This document shows positions 31,907 through 49,058 of a stretch of 64,000 nt of DNA, piece after piece. The stretch is from the human T2T-CHM13v2.0 reference genome, Homo sapiens. The stretch is taken from NCBI RefSeq assembly GCF_009914755.1, contig NC_060925.1. The stretch is one strand, 5' to 3'. The notes under the pieces are model-generated. The model had not been told where the DNA came from. It made no database searches and saw nothing but the letters and a program-made list of their open reading frames with translations. Within the stretch, counting starts at the first letter, position 1; each line of letters starts with the position of its first letter. Position numbers and translations under genes: made by a program.

Positions 31907-32474
31907 TGTTACCAGAAAGGGGTCCTGATCTAGAACTAAGAAAGGGTTCTTGGATCCCGCTCAAGAAAGAATTCAGGGTGAGTCCATACAGTAAAGTGAA
32001 AGCAAATTTATTATGAAAATAAAGGAATAAAAGAAAATCTACTTCATAGAGCAGCCCTGAGGGCTGATGATTGCCCATTTTTATGGTTATTTCTTGATTA
32101 TATGCTAAACTTCTTGATTATATGCTAAACAAGGGGTGGATTATTCATGCCTCCTCTTTTTAGATCACGTAGGGTAACTTCCTGATGTTGCCATGGCATC
32201 TGTAAACTGTCATGGCTCTGGTGGGAGTGTAGCAGTGAGGACGAGCAGAGGTCACTCTTGTCACCATCTTGGTTTTGGTAGGTTTTGGCCGGCTTCTTTA
32301 CTGCAACTGTTTTATCAGCAAGGTCTTTATGACCTGTATCTTGTGCCGACTTCCTATCTCATCCTGTGACTTAGAATGCCTTAACTGTCTGGGAATGCAG
32401 CCCAGTAGGTCTCAGCCTCATTTTACTCAGCTCTTATTCAAGATGGAGTTGCTCTAGTTCACACGCCTCTGACA
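31907..32474 (-). mobile_element. Solo LTR MER41A-like (ERV1), apparently inside an older LTR-like element (~31620-32750)
   Basis: tgttaccagaaaggggtcc ... cacgcctctgaca; TSD gatg/catg; 20-bp tandem duplication at 32091-32130; lacks the GAS-containing segment of MER41B. Confidence 0.85.
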
Positions 32475-33680
32475 CATGTTCAGAAATAATGGTGATTTTC
32501 TTCTACAGGTGGGGACGTTAGCATTATAATGACATGGTAAAGTTCTGAAGGTAACAAGGGGTTGCCTGTTCCAGTTTCTGCCAGTTTTGGGGGTCTTATC
32601 TCCCTCTGGTATCTGGGCAGAGGTCAAGAAGCTCTGGCACCATCAGGGGCCAGCTTGTTTCTTTAAGCAGCTGTGCCTACAAATAAAGGGACTAAAGAAA
32701 ACAATAAGAAAACCCAGTTATTTCCTGGGGGTTGCTCTGGTATCCAGCGTGTTTTACTTCACCAAGCGCAATTCTTCCCAGTGCAGGCACTGGGTGTAAC
32801 TGTGACAGCCAGCACCAACCTGCCCACACACCTCCTGTCCTGCAGGACTGTCAGCAGCCTCTGCACTATAGTGTGACAGAGCCACAGGTAGCTCAGGTGT
32901 GCCTCAGCCCAGCCTCTCCTGCACTCCCCCTCCCCTGGCTCCCCAACTCTGCCTCACTTCTGTTTGTGAAGGAAAGACAGCAGTAGCGGAAGGGAAAGAA
33001 GGAGAAAATGCAGAGCAAATATTATGCTTTCCTCTTGGAAAACCTCCAGGAGCTGCAAATATTAGTAATCCAGCTGCATCCCACCCCCCAGGATGGGCTG
33101 GGCCTGTCACACAGCCAACCTTCAGGATGCAGACACCCAGGCTGGGGAGCACAGCTCTGGAAATTTACTGACATGGCCCTGAATGAATTTATCTTTTCAG
33201 TAGAAGGCCCTGGAGTTTAAAGGAGTCATTCATAAGGTCTGTCTGGGAGTGCCTTGTCCTCAGAGGAGGGTCTGGGTGGGTTGGAGTGGAAGGAAGGGCT
33301 GGCTACCTGGTGTGCTCTCCGTGGGTCCCCAAGAAAGGCAGCCCTGCTGGGGGCAGTGAAGCCCTTATCCAGGTCACGTGAGTCTTGGAAGGGGAAGGCT
33401 GCTGTGCTTAACGATTCAAAAACACAAATCAAACCTCCTTTCCCAAACAAATTAGAAGGTGTGGAGGAAGCTTGAATTCAGAGAGGATTTCCCAGAGACC
33501 CATAGGCAAAAGTGGCTTAACTGAGCCCAGTGGGTGTCCCAGAATGGGCCAGAGAGAATGACACTAAAAAGTCTTTGAACAAATGAGCAAATGAATACAG
33601 GAATGCTCATCTGCCATAGGCACAAACGTGGTAAACGTTCCCTGAGAGAACTGACAGCCCAGGGGTGCAGGGAGAGAAAC

Positions 33681-33734
33681 GGTCCCAACTGCAGACTGGG
33701 TCCCAACTGCAGACTCGGTCCCAACTGCAGACTC
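33681..33734. repeat. 18-bp minisatellite, 3 copies
   Basis: GGTCCCAACTGCAGACT(G/C) x3. Confidence 0.97.
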
Positions 33735-34014
33735 AGGAGGAGGGAGGCTGTTAAGGGGCCGTCTTTCCTTCTGTTATGTGAGGAGAAAAGCAGGGAAGGG
33801 ACCTCAAGGCCAGCCTCTCCCAGGAGCTGCTGTTCTCAGCCCCGGGATCCAGCGCTACAGGGAAGTGCAGGGGAGGCTCCACAGTCCCGGCTGGAGACCC
33901 GGTCAGGCCTGGGTGGCCACTCTTCTTTGTAGTGGCCACCCTCGTGTCACCAGCAAATGCTTTTGTATCTACACCCTTCTCAGTGCTCCCCCTCTTTTAA
34001 AAAATGTACTTTCT

Positions 34015-34253
<239 letters not shown>

Positions 34254-34966
34254 TGAGACAGACACCTTATGCGCTGCTTCACTCTCCCCCGCAGCTCCCC
34301 TCCCTCCTCACTGACCCCCGGCCACAACCCTCTCTCCTTGCCCCTCACCAGCCGGCACCCTTGGCAACCCTGGCACCCTTTCGAGGACAAGACTGCCAAA
34401 TGTGGCCAAGGTCTGGCACACCATGTACCAATCGAAACTCCACTTCCCTTGAGTTTCAGTTTCCACGCCTATAAAATTAGCAAATGAAAAGAGCAAACAC
34501 TTGGAGACACTGTTCTCAATGCTTTGCATATTTTTTTCATTTAATTCTCAGTGCCATGAGACAGTCTATTATTATTAAACCTATGTTATATATGAGGAAA
34601 CTGAGGCACAGAGGGAGTAGTTTCCCCAGGTCACAGTCAGGATTTGAACTCCATGGTCTGGCTCTAGTGTTTCCCAACCATTCGGGGTGGGAGTGGGAGA
34701 GAAACCAGACTGCTCTCCCTAGAAAACAGCATGTGTTTGCATGTGTGCCAAATTTGCACAAAACATTTGGGGTTCCAGGTCTCTAAAGCCCATCCATGGA
34801 ACCCCGGTTTCCCTTCTCTCACGTGATCCTAACAACCTGCCGAGGATACACCTCATCATGATCCTCCTTTCACAGCTGAGAACACACCAGCTTAGAGAAA
34901 TTAAGAAGTGTATCCAAGCTCACACAATCTTAAGTGGCCAGATCAGGACCAAAATCCAGGTCCTCT

Positions 34967-35798
<832 letters not shown>

Positions 35799-36484
35799 TA
35801 CTCGGGACCTTTCACCACCCAAGTGACCAGCACCCCTGCCCAGAGTGCCCCGGTTCTGTCCACTAGGCCAGCAGGGACCCCGCCTCTGGGATTGTTTGCT
35901 GGAGGGGTCCTGGACAACGTAGAAAGGGCAGCACACAGCCCTGGGCAGGAAGGGAGGCAGGAAGAGAGATCCTCAGGGGCTGGGCTGGAGGAGCAAAGCC
36001 AGCCAAAGGGGAGTGAGAGGGCAGTCAAGCGCCTAGAAGCCAAGGAACCCCAGGAGGATGGCATCGGGCAGGTGCCTCCTGGTGCCCAGAGACAAAAAGA
36101 TGTGTGGGAAGGTGACAGAATCAAGCGGTAAGGTCAGTGCTTTGAGGGAGCAGGCAACCACCAGCCTCCAGTGACACTTGCCTTTCACAGGGATCCTGGA
36201 GGTCCCCATTTGGGAAGGTGGAAAATCTCAGTTCCAACCTAACCAAAAGATACAGTGGCAAGTTTGGCCTTGAAACCCTGGACCATCTGCCCTGGGTGAT
36301 TTCCTTTCAACAGTGCTGGGTCCAGACTCCCAGAACCCTACCTCTCCCATCTTCCCCAATAAGCCTGCTTTCAGTCCTTTTCACACGAGAGCATTTAAAT
36401 CCAAGGGTTCCCTTCCCCCTGGGTATTTGCAGCCCATCTGATCTCTAAATGTAGAGTGAGAGCCACTTGTAGAAATTAAGTCTA

Positions 36485-36790
<306 letters not shown>

Positions 36791-37880
36791 TAAGACCAGA
36801 TGTAGGGGAGATTTGTGGAGGAAGGGACAGGAGGCCCCTAAAATCCCATCCTGTAGGCAGCCCCTGCTTGACTAAGCATAAGGCTCGTGGGGCACCCAGG
36901 TGGGCTTTTTCTGGAGAGGAAGCAAGGCAGAAAACCCCTCCATTTTCCATCCCCAGCCTCTCAGGTCTGTGCCAGTTGAGTGTCTTCCAGGACAGAAGCA
37001 TGGCTGGGTATGGAGGCAGCCTGGATATAGGGATGGCCGGTCTGTCAAGCCCGTGGTCAGGACCTTCACGGGGCAGCTTAGGAACCTCCAGGCAGGGCCT
37101 CATCTGCTGCCGTTAGTAATAAACATGGCCAGCAACAGCCAGGGCCCTGCTAGCGGGAGATGTCATCGGTAGCCACCTTCCTTCTCTGCAGAGACACCGT
37201 CTGTCCCATGGATGAGCAGAGTCCCCTGGGGACCCAGCTCTGACACTTGTCCTTGCTCATGTCCAGGGTGCTGGACAGACTGAGGCAGGTGTCAGGCTCC
37301 TGGGATGAGAAAGGCAGATGAGAGATGGGAGTGGGAGCTTTACAGTGACTTAGGCAGAATTGCTTAGTATTTACATATGCCTTACCTCATTCCACAGAGA
37401 ATTTAAGGCCTGACCAAAAGAGACGGGGTGGGGGGGGGGGGGTAAGAGAATACAATAACACCATGTACTGTAAAGAAAAACAGTCAGTTCTAAAAGAAAA
37501 ACAACCCAGAAAGAAGGGAATGTGTCAAAACCGGGAGAGGGGAAAAAAAAAGGCATGCATGCTTTCAAAAGCACCTTAGGGGCTACAGATGGGCCCTATA
37601 CTTAGTGTTGACACCCAACAGCCATAAAAGAATCTCACTGTGCCCCCGGGGGAGCACAGGGAAGGTCTGATTCTAGATTTTTTCTGTGCCATTTATTTAT
37701 CTATATCCTCATGCACAAGTTCTATACTGTTTTAATTGCTGTAGCTTTTTATGTGTTTAAACATCTAATAGAGGTAGACTTCCTTCTCTTAGATTTTTTT
37801 CTAGCTATGCTTCATATTTAATTTTTAAATAAACTTATCAGAATCAGCTAAGTTCAAAAACAATTTTTAATCTTATTACC

Positions 37881-38194
37881 TTTTTTTTTCTTTTTTGTGA
37901 GACGGGGTCTTGTTCTGTCACCCAGGCTGGAGTACAGTGGTACAATCATAGCTCACTGCAGCCTTGACCTCCCAGGTTCAAAGTGATTCTCCTGCCTCAG
38001 CCTCCCAAGTTGCTGGGACGATAGAAGCATGACACCACACCTGGCTAATTTTTTAAAAATAATTTTTATAGAGACAGGGTCTCACAGTATAGTGAGATTT
38101 CAGGGTGGTCTTGAAATCCTGAGGGCTCAAGAAATCCTCCAGCCCTGGCCTCCCAAGAGCTAGAATTACAGGCATGAGCCACCGTACCTAGCCC
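37881..38194 (-). mobile_element. AluJ-like element within an old AT-rich L1M fragment (~37680-38290)
   Basis: Antisense Alu; degenerate L1-like flanks. Confidence 0.85.
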
Positions 38195-38890
38195 TATTGC
38201 TATTTTTATTAGCATTACATTAAGTTTATAGGCTAACTTAAGAGGACATGGCATTTTTATGATAATGAGTTTTTGCAGTCAAGAACGCAGGCCAGTTTTT
38301 TTTAAATGGGGTAAATGATTGTCCAAGCGCCTCCAGGCAGGCTCACGTGCACACTCTGGAGTCAGTGAAGAAGGTGAACAGCTGACAGGAGCAGCCTCCC
38401 AGTCAGAGAAGCCCTGCACACTGTTGGAAACAGACAGCTTGCATCTGGAGTCTTCTGTGATCCGAGGAGGAAGCGTGGCTGAGTCCTTCCCAGAAGAGGG
38501 TCTGGAGCTGTGAGTTGGGGACAATTGTCAGATTCTAGCAGTGAAAGTGGTTCATGTGCAGGTGCAACCTGCCCCGCAGTCACGGGACACAGCCACATGG
38601 AGCCGAGCCACGCTCTCAGAGAAGGAGCCAGGGAAGAAACACCCTAACTGCACTCCTCCCTTCTTCTGGCCCCCAGCAGCCATAGGCCCTGGGCCCCCGG
38701 TGAGATACCCATAGAGATCAGCTCCCAGGCAGCAGGATGGAGGGTGTAGACTGGACATGAAGAGGCAGCTGGAATGTATCGGGCACTCAGCTCCAGCTCA
38801 CCACGATCCAGGCACTCAAGTTCCCAAGACAATAGTTTCTGCTCTCAGATAAATGGAATAATTAAGGATCAAAAGGTTATCAACAGGTAA

Positions 38891-39226
<336 letters not shown>

Positions 39227-39965
39227 TGAGCAGGAAGGCTAAGAGCTTGTAACAACTGAACATTCCCCCCGGAGAGGAAGGCAGGAGTTTTGCTTGTGCC
39301 AAGTGCACTGTTCAGACAGTCCTCTGAGGTACACCAAGGTCTGAGTAGCCATCCCACCCTCCCCTCTGCCAAAATTTTTGTGTGACTGGAGAGCAGAGCC
39401 CTCCTCCAAAAATAAAATGAGCACAAGGAAAATACTATTTGCAGATACATAATATTAAAACCATAGGTCTTTCTTTTTCTAGTCCCATCCATATGGCAAC
39501 ATTCCAGGAGAGGCCTCCGTCACTGGAAGGCACCCTCAGGGGCTTTCCTGGAGCTAAAAACAGTTTAAGCCAAAAGTTATTTGTAGCATCTGAGTTAAAC
39601 TCTTCGTCTCACCCTTCTCGAGCTAGCTGGCTTATTTTATCCGGACCAGGATATAACAGCTCTAAACAGGCTTTGCCAGGAAGAGACGTCATGGACTTCA
39701 ACCAGGGCACCTGACCAGGAAGAAATCACTGCAGGATGATCTGAAAGAGTTTTCATAAATTATTTTACGTAAGGTAGATTCTGACCTTGATGGGGACAGC
39801 CAAGGTTCTGGACCCTCAGCTGGGAAAGATGGGACTAAGTCTACAACTGCTGAGGTTGTAGAACAGGCTTCTTGTTGGGAGGAACCCTCTTGTGGACATG
39901 GGCCGTCGAGGTGGAGTGAGAGAACACCGTGCCACCTGGACGCTGAAACACCATTGAGTCACCTC

Positions 39966-40543
39966 TGTTTGAAATGCTTGTTCCCTGGTGCCGTAAAGAA
40001 ATAGCACTTGAACATAAATTTAATTTACTCAGCAAGGACATTTTTATACTTTCTGTGAAAGGGTACACTCACCAGGAGTTTTGCCACGAGAGTACACCAA
40101 ACAAAGGAGACAGGGTCATTTATAACCTGACGCGTCCACCCTACTGCTGTGTCCAGTTTCCATTGGCTGGAACAGGACCTCCCATTCTGTATTTGTCCTG
40201 ATTGGCTAACAACTTAGAACTTTTTAAAAGAGGCAAAGGCAGAGGAGAACAAAGGAAGGAGGAAGTAACTTGTGGAATGCTGAGAAAGGTAAAAACACCT
40301 TTAGATAAGGAAGAGGAACAGGCTATGACCTAATGCTTGCTTGGACCAGTATAAGCATGCCAGGGAAAATACTTAGGCTAAATTGTGGGAGCTAAGAACA
40401 TAAAGTACATTGATTTCTTTATCATGGCTAGCAGATATTTAAGAATGTTAGCACAGGTCTTTGAATAAATTTTGCTTCTAAGAGAAGTTACTATTTATTC
40501 CTAATTAAATGGGGAGGAAGGTCTTTGAAGAGAAACCTTTACA
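39966..40543 (-). mobile_element. Solo LTR10C-like (ERV1)
   Basis: tgtttgaaatgcttgttccctggtgccgtaaagaaatagcac ... tttaca; perfect 4-bp TSD cctc. Confidence 0.85.
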
Positions 40544-41141
40544 CCTCTTAAGGACAAAAGTCCCCAAGACCTGTCCAATTTCGAATTCAATTAGGTGAAT
40601 TCGAAATTGACACCAGCCTCTTTGCAGAGGAGACTGTTTTGGTTATACATCAAAAGCCTGTGCTTTGCAGATAGACCTGACAGCCACTAATTAGCTAGGA
40701 GCGTTGGGTGATCCAGTCCACCTCCTTAAACCTCAGTTTCCTCAACTATGAAATAGAATGAAAATAGTACCTACCTTGGAACTGTTCTGTGACAAGGAAA
40801 TGAGATAACATGATAATGTGCATAAGGCTTTTAGCTCGGGGCCTGGCACACCTAAGCCTTTGTGTAATCATTGTGTAGATCTTGTCACTGAGAACGCTTA
40901 CACGAGCAGATATTAAAATAAAGGAAAGAAGTCAGTTGGGTAAGGGAGCTTCCCAGCTTGGTTCAAAATATTTTGCTGATTGGGGTGAGGGAAAGAGTGA
41001 AGGAACCAGAAGCAAAAAAAGTAGGATTTCAAATGCTTCCCACCTTTTTAGAAATCAAGACATTCTTTAGTGGCCTCTACATCTCCTTCAACTCCAGAAT
41101 TTGGAAAACTGATGAAAAACTTTTTGAATCTTTGGCTGTAA

Positions 41142-42587
<1,446 letters not shown>

Positions 42588-43175
42588 TAAATCCAACAGT
42601 GAATTAAACTCCTTTGAGGCTACTTCCCATTATTGTCATGGGAAATTGTAGGAAAGTGCACATTCCTTAAGAATGGAGTAAACTTCCTCATCCTCTTCCC
42701 AGGCCCCCTCCCCTTTGTTTGTGTTTTGTGGTGAAGATGACCCCTCCCTGCAAACCATCTGGGTGCTGTTGCTGGCATCAGCTTGCTTCTAACTGCATGA
42801 AATGATTGTGGTGCCTGCTGTGCTGAGAACCTAGCACTGGCACCAAATGGGTGCCGAGTGCTTACACACCTGCTCTCATTATGCCTCACACTTATCCATG
42901 TCATGGGGGAGGGTTCTGAGGCTCAGAGAGGGACCAGGCTGCCTGGCCAGCTGCCCACCTCGTTGTGCCCATCCTTGTCTACCCCTTGAAGTGACCTCTG
43001 CCCCTCCGCACAGAAACCCTTCGGGACAGTCCAGCCTTCTGCCTCTGACTCAGGGCTTTTCCATCTGCACTGCTCCGTACTTACTTCCTGCGACTGTACT
43101 CCCTGCCAGAGCCTCTTTTCCTGGCTCTGACCTTCCTCCTAGGAGGCGTGCAACGTTTGTCCCCTTCCCATCTAG

Positions 43176-43395
<220 letters not shown>

Positions 43396-43614
43396 CAAAC
43401 TCCCATTCAAAGCCTGTGTGCTCAGAAGCCTCTGCAACTGCGCTGGTTTCATTCTCTCACTGTGGAGCATCTGCTGCGAATCAGGTGCAAGGCTGGGCTC
43501 TGAGGGCACAGTTCAGCCACCAGAGTTCTGGGTCTTTCAGGGAATGAAATTTCCCATCTCTGCCCAACCACAACACAGCAAAAACATTTCTCCCTTTGCA
43601 TTTCCCTCAAAATA

Positions 43615-43657
43615 CTAGGTTGGTGCAAAAATCACAATTACTTTTACACCAACCTAA
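43615..43657. mobile_element. Internally deleted MADE1 (Hsmar1-derived MITE)
   Basis: taggttggtgcaaaa ... ttttacaccaaccta terminal inverted repeats flanked by TA. Confidence 0.85.
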
Positions 43658-43827
43658 TAGCCCCCAAACCCTCCGACCCAACCCTCATATGGGGGACTGC
43701 CTGAAACTTCACTCTGTCTATTCACAGGTTGTCTTAGGCTTTAAGCCCCTGGAGGTGGAGACAAGATTTTTAACATCCTCCTGGTTCTAAGACCCTCTGA
43801 TAAGAGCTCCTTGTGCTGTGTTCACAG

Positions 43828-43946
43828 GTGACTGCTGGCTGCTGGCAGCCATTGCCTCCCTCACCTTGAATGAAGAAATCCTGGCTCGAGTCGTCCCCCT
43901 AAACCAGAGCTTCCAGGAAAACTATGCAGGGATCTTTCACTTCCAG
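43828..43946 (+). CDS. CAPN2: CAPN2 exon 3 (119 nt), catalytic Cys105 codon at 43833-43835
   Basis: ttcacag|GTGACTGCTGG...TTCCAG|gtaact; (G)[39 protein letters not shown], completing the calpain QGxLGDCW motif. Confidence 0.99.
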
Positions 43947-44306
43947 GTAACTTAATGGTTGGCTCAGGTGGTTCCTCAACAGGTCCAGGGGGCTAGGAAC
44001 AGTCTTCTGGCTTGGCTGGGTTCATCAGTCCCTGGTGTTTGCAGACTCCCAAGACCAATACTGTTCTACAAAGGACATTGGGCGAGAGCAGGAAGCTTCC
44101 TGGCTTACCCGTGGCCAGGATGTGAGACCCGGCTGGGATGGCCCTGGGTGGTTTCTTGGGACATGTAAAAGGGAGGTAGAGCAAGGTGTTCAGGAACTAA
44201 TTCCCAAGTTTAAAAAAAAAAACTGTATTATTTGATGTTTGAGACAAAAACGTTAAAGTTCTCCTCCTTTTATGCCGGTAAATGAGAAATAATACTTGAA
44301 AAAGCT

Positions 44307-44864
<558 letters not shown>

Positions 44865-45033
44865 TTAGTGAGGACTTGGCCTGCATAGGAGAGTTAAGGG
44901 AGCACCTCCTCCCAGGATGCGCTCATGGAACCTATCCCAGGGGATCAGGGCAAGGGGAGCCAGAGGCAGCTGAGGCTCAGAGTCCCAGTGCTGCCACCAG
45001 CTCCTCCTGCAGCCCACCTCTCTTGTTCTGCAG

Positions 45034-45167
45034 TTCTGGCAATACGGCGAGTGGGTGGAGGTGGTGGTGGATGACAGGCTGCCCACCAAGGACGGGGAGC
45101 TGCTCTTTGTGCATTCAGCCGAAGGGAGCGAGTTCTGGAGCGCCCTGCTGGAGAAGGCATACGCCAA
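45034..45167 (+). CDS. CAPN2: CAPN2 exon 4 (134 nt)
   Basis: ctgcag|TTCTGGCAA...GCCAA|gtaagt; [44 protein letters not shown](K). Confidence 0.99.
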
Positions 45168-45231
45168 GTAAGTTGCCATCCTCCCCTGGCCCCATGGCCT
45201 TCCCCCAATGCCCTGGATTCCAAAAAATTCA

Positions 45232-45354
45232 CTCATGCCTGTAATCTCAGCACTTTGGGAGGCCGAGGTGGGTGGATCATTTGAGGTCAGGAGTTCGAGA
45301 CCAGCCTGGCCAACATGATGAAACCCCGTCTCTACTAATAATATAAAAATCAGT
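45232..45354 (+). mobile_element. Alu left-arm fragment, near-identical to 44322-44444
   Basis: 117/123 identity including shared non-consensus bases. Confidence 0.9.
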
Positions 45355-46204
45355 AGAACTACTCCAGGACTACTTTGAGTGGGAAGTCCTTTTCTATAGA
45401 AGGACTTCTTTGGCCAAAATTAGGCTCTAAATGCAAGGAGATAGTGCATGCAGGGTGCCTGGCTGCACTGTACGCTGATAAATGATGTCTATCACCATCT
45501 TTAACCAAATGCACAGGAACAAGTTATGGTACTGATTGTGCTGGACTTGAGAAGGAGCTCTACTTCCTTGACAGGACACATTTGTATCAACTTAAAAAAG
45601 CAGAATTTTTGCCAATGGGCAGAACTATTCATTGCAGAGGTAGGAAACTTGCCCAGAATAGATGATGTCACTGATTAGCAATGGCTTCCCCATCTCCGCA
45701 CAGCTGCTTCCCACCCAGGTTGCCCACAGTTGAGTTTGTCCAGTGCTCAGGGCTGCCCACTCTCAGTAAGAAGCCCCACACCAGCCCCTCTCCACAATGG
45801 CCCCATGTTGGCTGTGCCGCCCGGCTCCTTCCATTAAAGTGACCCCACTTTAGAGCAGCAAGTGGATTTCTGTTTCTTACAGTCCCAATCCAGGAAGGAG
45901 GAGTCAGCTGTGAGAACCTGGAGCCTGACGGATGCTTCTAAGTCCCACTGCTCAATACTGGGGTCAGGGAAGCCACCGGACTCCAGCATCAGCAGTCAGG
46001 AGCACTAAGCCCTTGCCAACACCGTGCCTGTTTCTCAGAGAAACTGCTTCCATTATTGAATGGTTGTCCTTTTTTAAGCTATCAATGCCAAACGACCCAT
46101 TAGTAGACCTCCCCTTTCTTGTCAGGATGTAGAAGGAATCAATACAGGAGGTTCATCCAGAAAATCACTAAGGTCCTTCCGACTCTAAGGTTCTACGAGA
46201 ATCT

Positions 46205-46679
<475 letters not shown>

Positions 46680-46724
46680 TCAGTAGTGTCAAGGGTAGCG
46701 GCAGCGTCTAATCCCCTCTTGTAG

Positions 46725-46893
46725 GATCAACGGATGCTATGAAGCACTATCAGGGGGTGCCACCACTGAGGGCTTCGAAGACTTCACCGGAGGCATTGCT
46801 GAGTGGTATGAGTTGAAGAAGCCCCCTCCCAACCTGTTCAAGATCATCCAGAAAGCTCTGCAAAAAGGCTCTCTCCTTGGCTGCTCCATCGAC
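46725..46893 (+). CDS. CAPN2: CAPN2 exon 5 (169 nt)
   Basis: ttgtag|GATCAAC...ATCGAC|gtaagt; [56 protein letters not shown]. Confidence 0.99.
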
Positions 46894-47009
46894 GTAAGTC
46901 CAGGCTGCCTTCCCTAGCCTCACCCCATCTGCTCTTGCTGAAGGGAGGCTCCCACAGTGCCCAAGGGAACCCACTGCTCCTGTGTACAACGTAATGCAGC
47001 CCTCGTCCA

Positions 47010-47601
47010 CGTAGGGGCCAAAGGAAAACCTCCCTCCACCCTCTGAAGGTCCGCTGAAAATCAACTGGCAAAAGGAAGACTAATACAAGAAATGGCATAC
47101 AAATGTATGAATGTGCACAGGGGAGAATCACAAGAGATTTCCCTACCACGCATTGGGATACAGAGGGTTATATTCCCTTCCTCTTAGGGGAAGGGAGATG
47201 GGGAGGTGCGGATGATTTTAGGGATGTCGTAAATGATTTTTAGGGGAATTCATTGGGCTTAAAGAACATAAATGGTCTGGGATAAAGTCTGTTGGGCCTG
47301 CAGAGCAGACAGTGGTTTGTGACAAGTCTGTCTAGCCATGTTGACAGACTTGTCTTTCTTCCTGCAATATGAGTTCAGTTCATAATAACTCATGGAAAGG
47401 ACCAGACGTCATTGTTTTCATCTTTGGCAGGTCCAGACTTTAGGCAGGTGAGGGAACTTCAGAGAATAGCTTCCTCCTGTGCTTTGGGGGAGAGTGGATC
47501 GAGAGACAGAAGGAAAGGGGAGGTCAGAGAGATCTTGAGGCTTCTTCAGTTTAGCATTTCAAAGTGCCATCTCTTAGAGGTATTGGTTTCTGAGCACCCC
47601 A
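47010..47601 (-). mobile_element. Solo LTR, MER39-like (ERV1)
   Basis: ggggccaaaggaaaacc...ccctctgaagg...; end ggtttctgagcacccca resembles the MER39/MER34 group. Confidence 0.65.
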
Positions 47602-48363
47602 GTGTCTACCATTATTGCTCATCACCTGGAAGCCAAGGGTTGCTAGGCAAAAGTCAAGCTGTCTGGGGTGTAATGGATGGGGTGATGGTGCCTCCAGCCC
47701 TTCTGTCTTCAGTCCACTTCCCACTCTTAGCCTGCTCTGAATCACCCCCACCCCTCTGACCACAGGTTCCCTGGGAGCCCCTGCCACCTGCTGCCCCTGC
47801 CACCTTCCCCTCCATCTGCAGTGCTGTGCAGCCTTCCCCTGCACTCTTGCAGAGCTAATAGGCCCGTGGGAGACTTCGGAAGGAAGAGGAGGAAAGATTT
47901 CCTCATAATAGCCTTGCTGGCAACGCTCACCAGGGGATGGGAGGTGGGCACTGTGCCCAGGAGCCTTGGAGCAAAGGCTGTGCCCAACCTCTGAGCCCTG
48001 TCCCATCCAGGTTCTGGTCTCTGCGGGGGACAGAGATAAGAAGCCCTGGCTTTTGGAGCCAAAATCTAGGTCAGACTCCCTAGGCAGGAATTCTCAAAGT
48101 TTATCAGCAGAACACGTTGAGGCAGAAGACCCTTTCTGCTCCAGCCCTTCTTCCCAGGCTCAACCTTCATCAGAATAGATAGGGGAAAGGAGAGGCTGTG
48201 AGGCGTTCTTAAAACAGAAGCAAATTCTGACTCAGACCGGAATAAACAACCGTCCTAGTATAAACCCTACAGCTGGGCTGGGCCAGACCACGGAGCATGG
48301 GCTGGTGGTGGGGCGAGGGTGTGCTCAGTGTCCCTGGGCCACTCAAGGCTGTCTGGGTATCAG

Positions 48364-48465
48364 CCCTGCGCCATCGAGGACCCCCTCCGGCCCTCTCTCG
48401 GCCGTGCGCCCTTTCCCTGCGCCATCGAGGACCCCCTCCAGCCCTCTCTCGGCCGTGCGCCCTTT
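48364..48465. repeat. 51-bp tandem duplication (2 copies, 1 mismatch)
   Basis: CCCTGCGCCATCGAGGACCCCCTCC(G/A)GCCCTCTCTCGGCCGTGCGCCCTTT x2. Confidence 0.97.
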
Positions 48466-48766
48466 CCCGCCCTTCCCAGCCTGCAGAAATCCGTGGATGC
48501 GCTATTCACACGGGAATGCCTGTGCTCGTTCCGCGAGAGGGTTGCATTCCGCCTTTTCTCTGGTATTCTCGGCGTTCAAGCATTTGAACGGGGTAGGAAA
48601 GGTTCTCCAAGTGCAAGAAAGCGCAGCCCTGAGCCTCCCACCCCAGGCCTCGGCCGCTGCGCTAGTGCGTCCGGCGGTCCCGCCCGGCAGTAGGACAGAG
48701 GGAGCGAGGGAGTCCGGGAGGAAGGGAGAGCGGGTGCGGCCAGTCTGACGGTTGCTGTGTTTGCAG

Positions 48767-48850
48767 ATCACCAGCGCCGCGGACTCGGAGGCCATCACGT
48801 TTCAGAAGCTGGTGAAGGGGCACGCGTACTCGGTCACCGGAGCCGAGGAG
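48767..48850 (+). CDS. CAPN2: CAPN2 exon 6 (84 nt), catalytic His262 codon at 48821-48823
   Basis: ttgcag|ATCACC...GAGGAG|gtaacg; [28 protein letters not shown] (GHAYS motif). Confidence 0.99.
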
Positions 48851-49039
48851 GTAACGGCCGGCGCGGATGTGCAGGGGTCCTGCTGTCCTGACACGATGGC
48901 CACAGGCACAGTTTGTGGTGATGCCCAGGGGCCCGCGCGGCCCCACGGTGGTCCAGTTTACACTCGGGCCCCGCACTCCTGAAGTTCCGCGCGGGAGGAG
49001 AAGGGCGTCCCTTTCGCAGCTCGGGCGCCGGGTGCGCCG

Positions 49040-49058
49040 CGCTGCCACCTGGTGGCCG
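49040..49058 (-). promoter_or_regulatory. CTCF motif
   Basis: Reverse complement CGGCCACCAGGTGGCAGCG matches CTCF core CCASYAGRKGGCRS at all positions. Confidence 0.7.

Noticed and set aside
31907-32474. MER41 LTR as an interferon-gamma/STAT1 enhancer
   Set aside because: The tandem GAS (TTCCGGGAA) segment of MER41B is absent; this copy looks like MER41A
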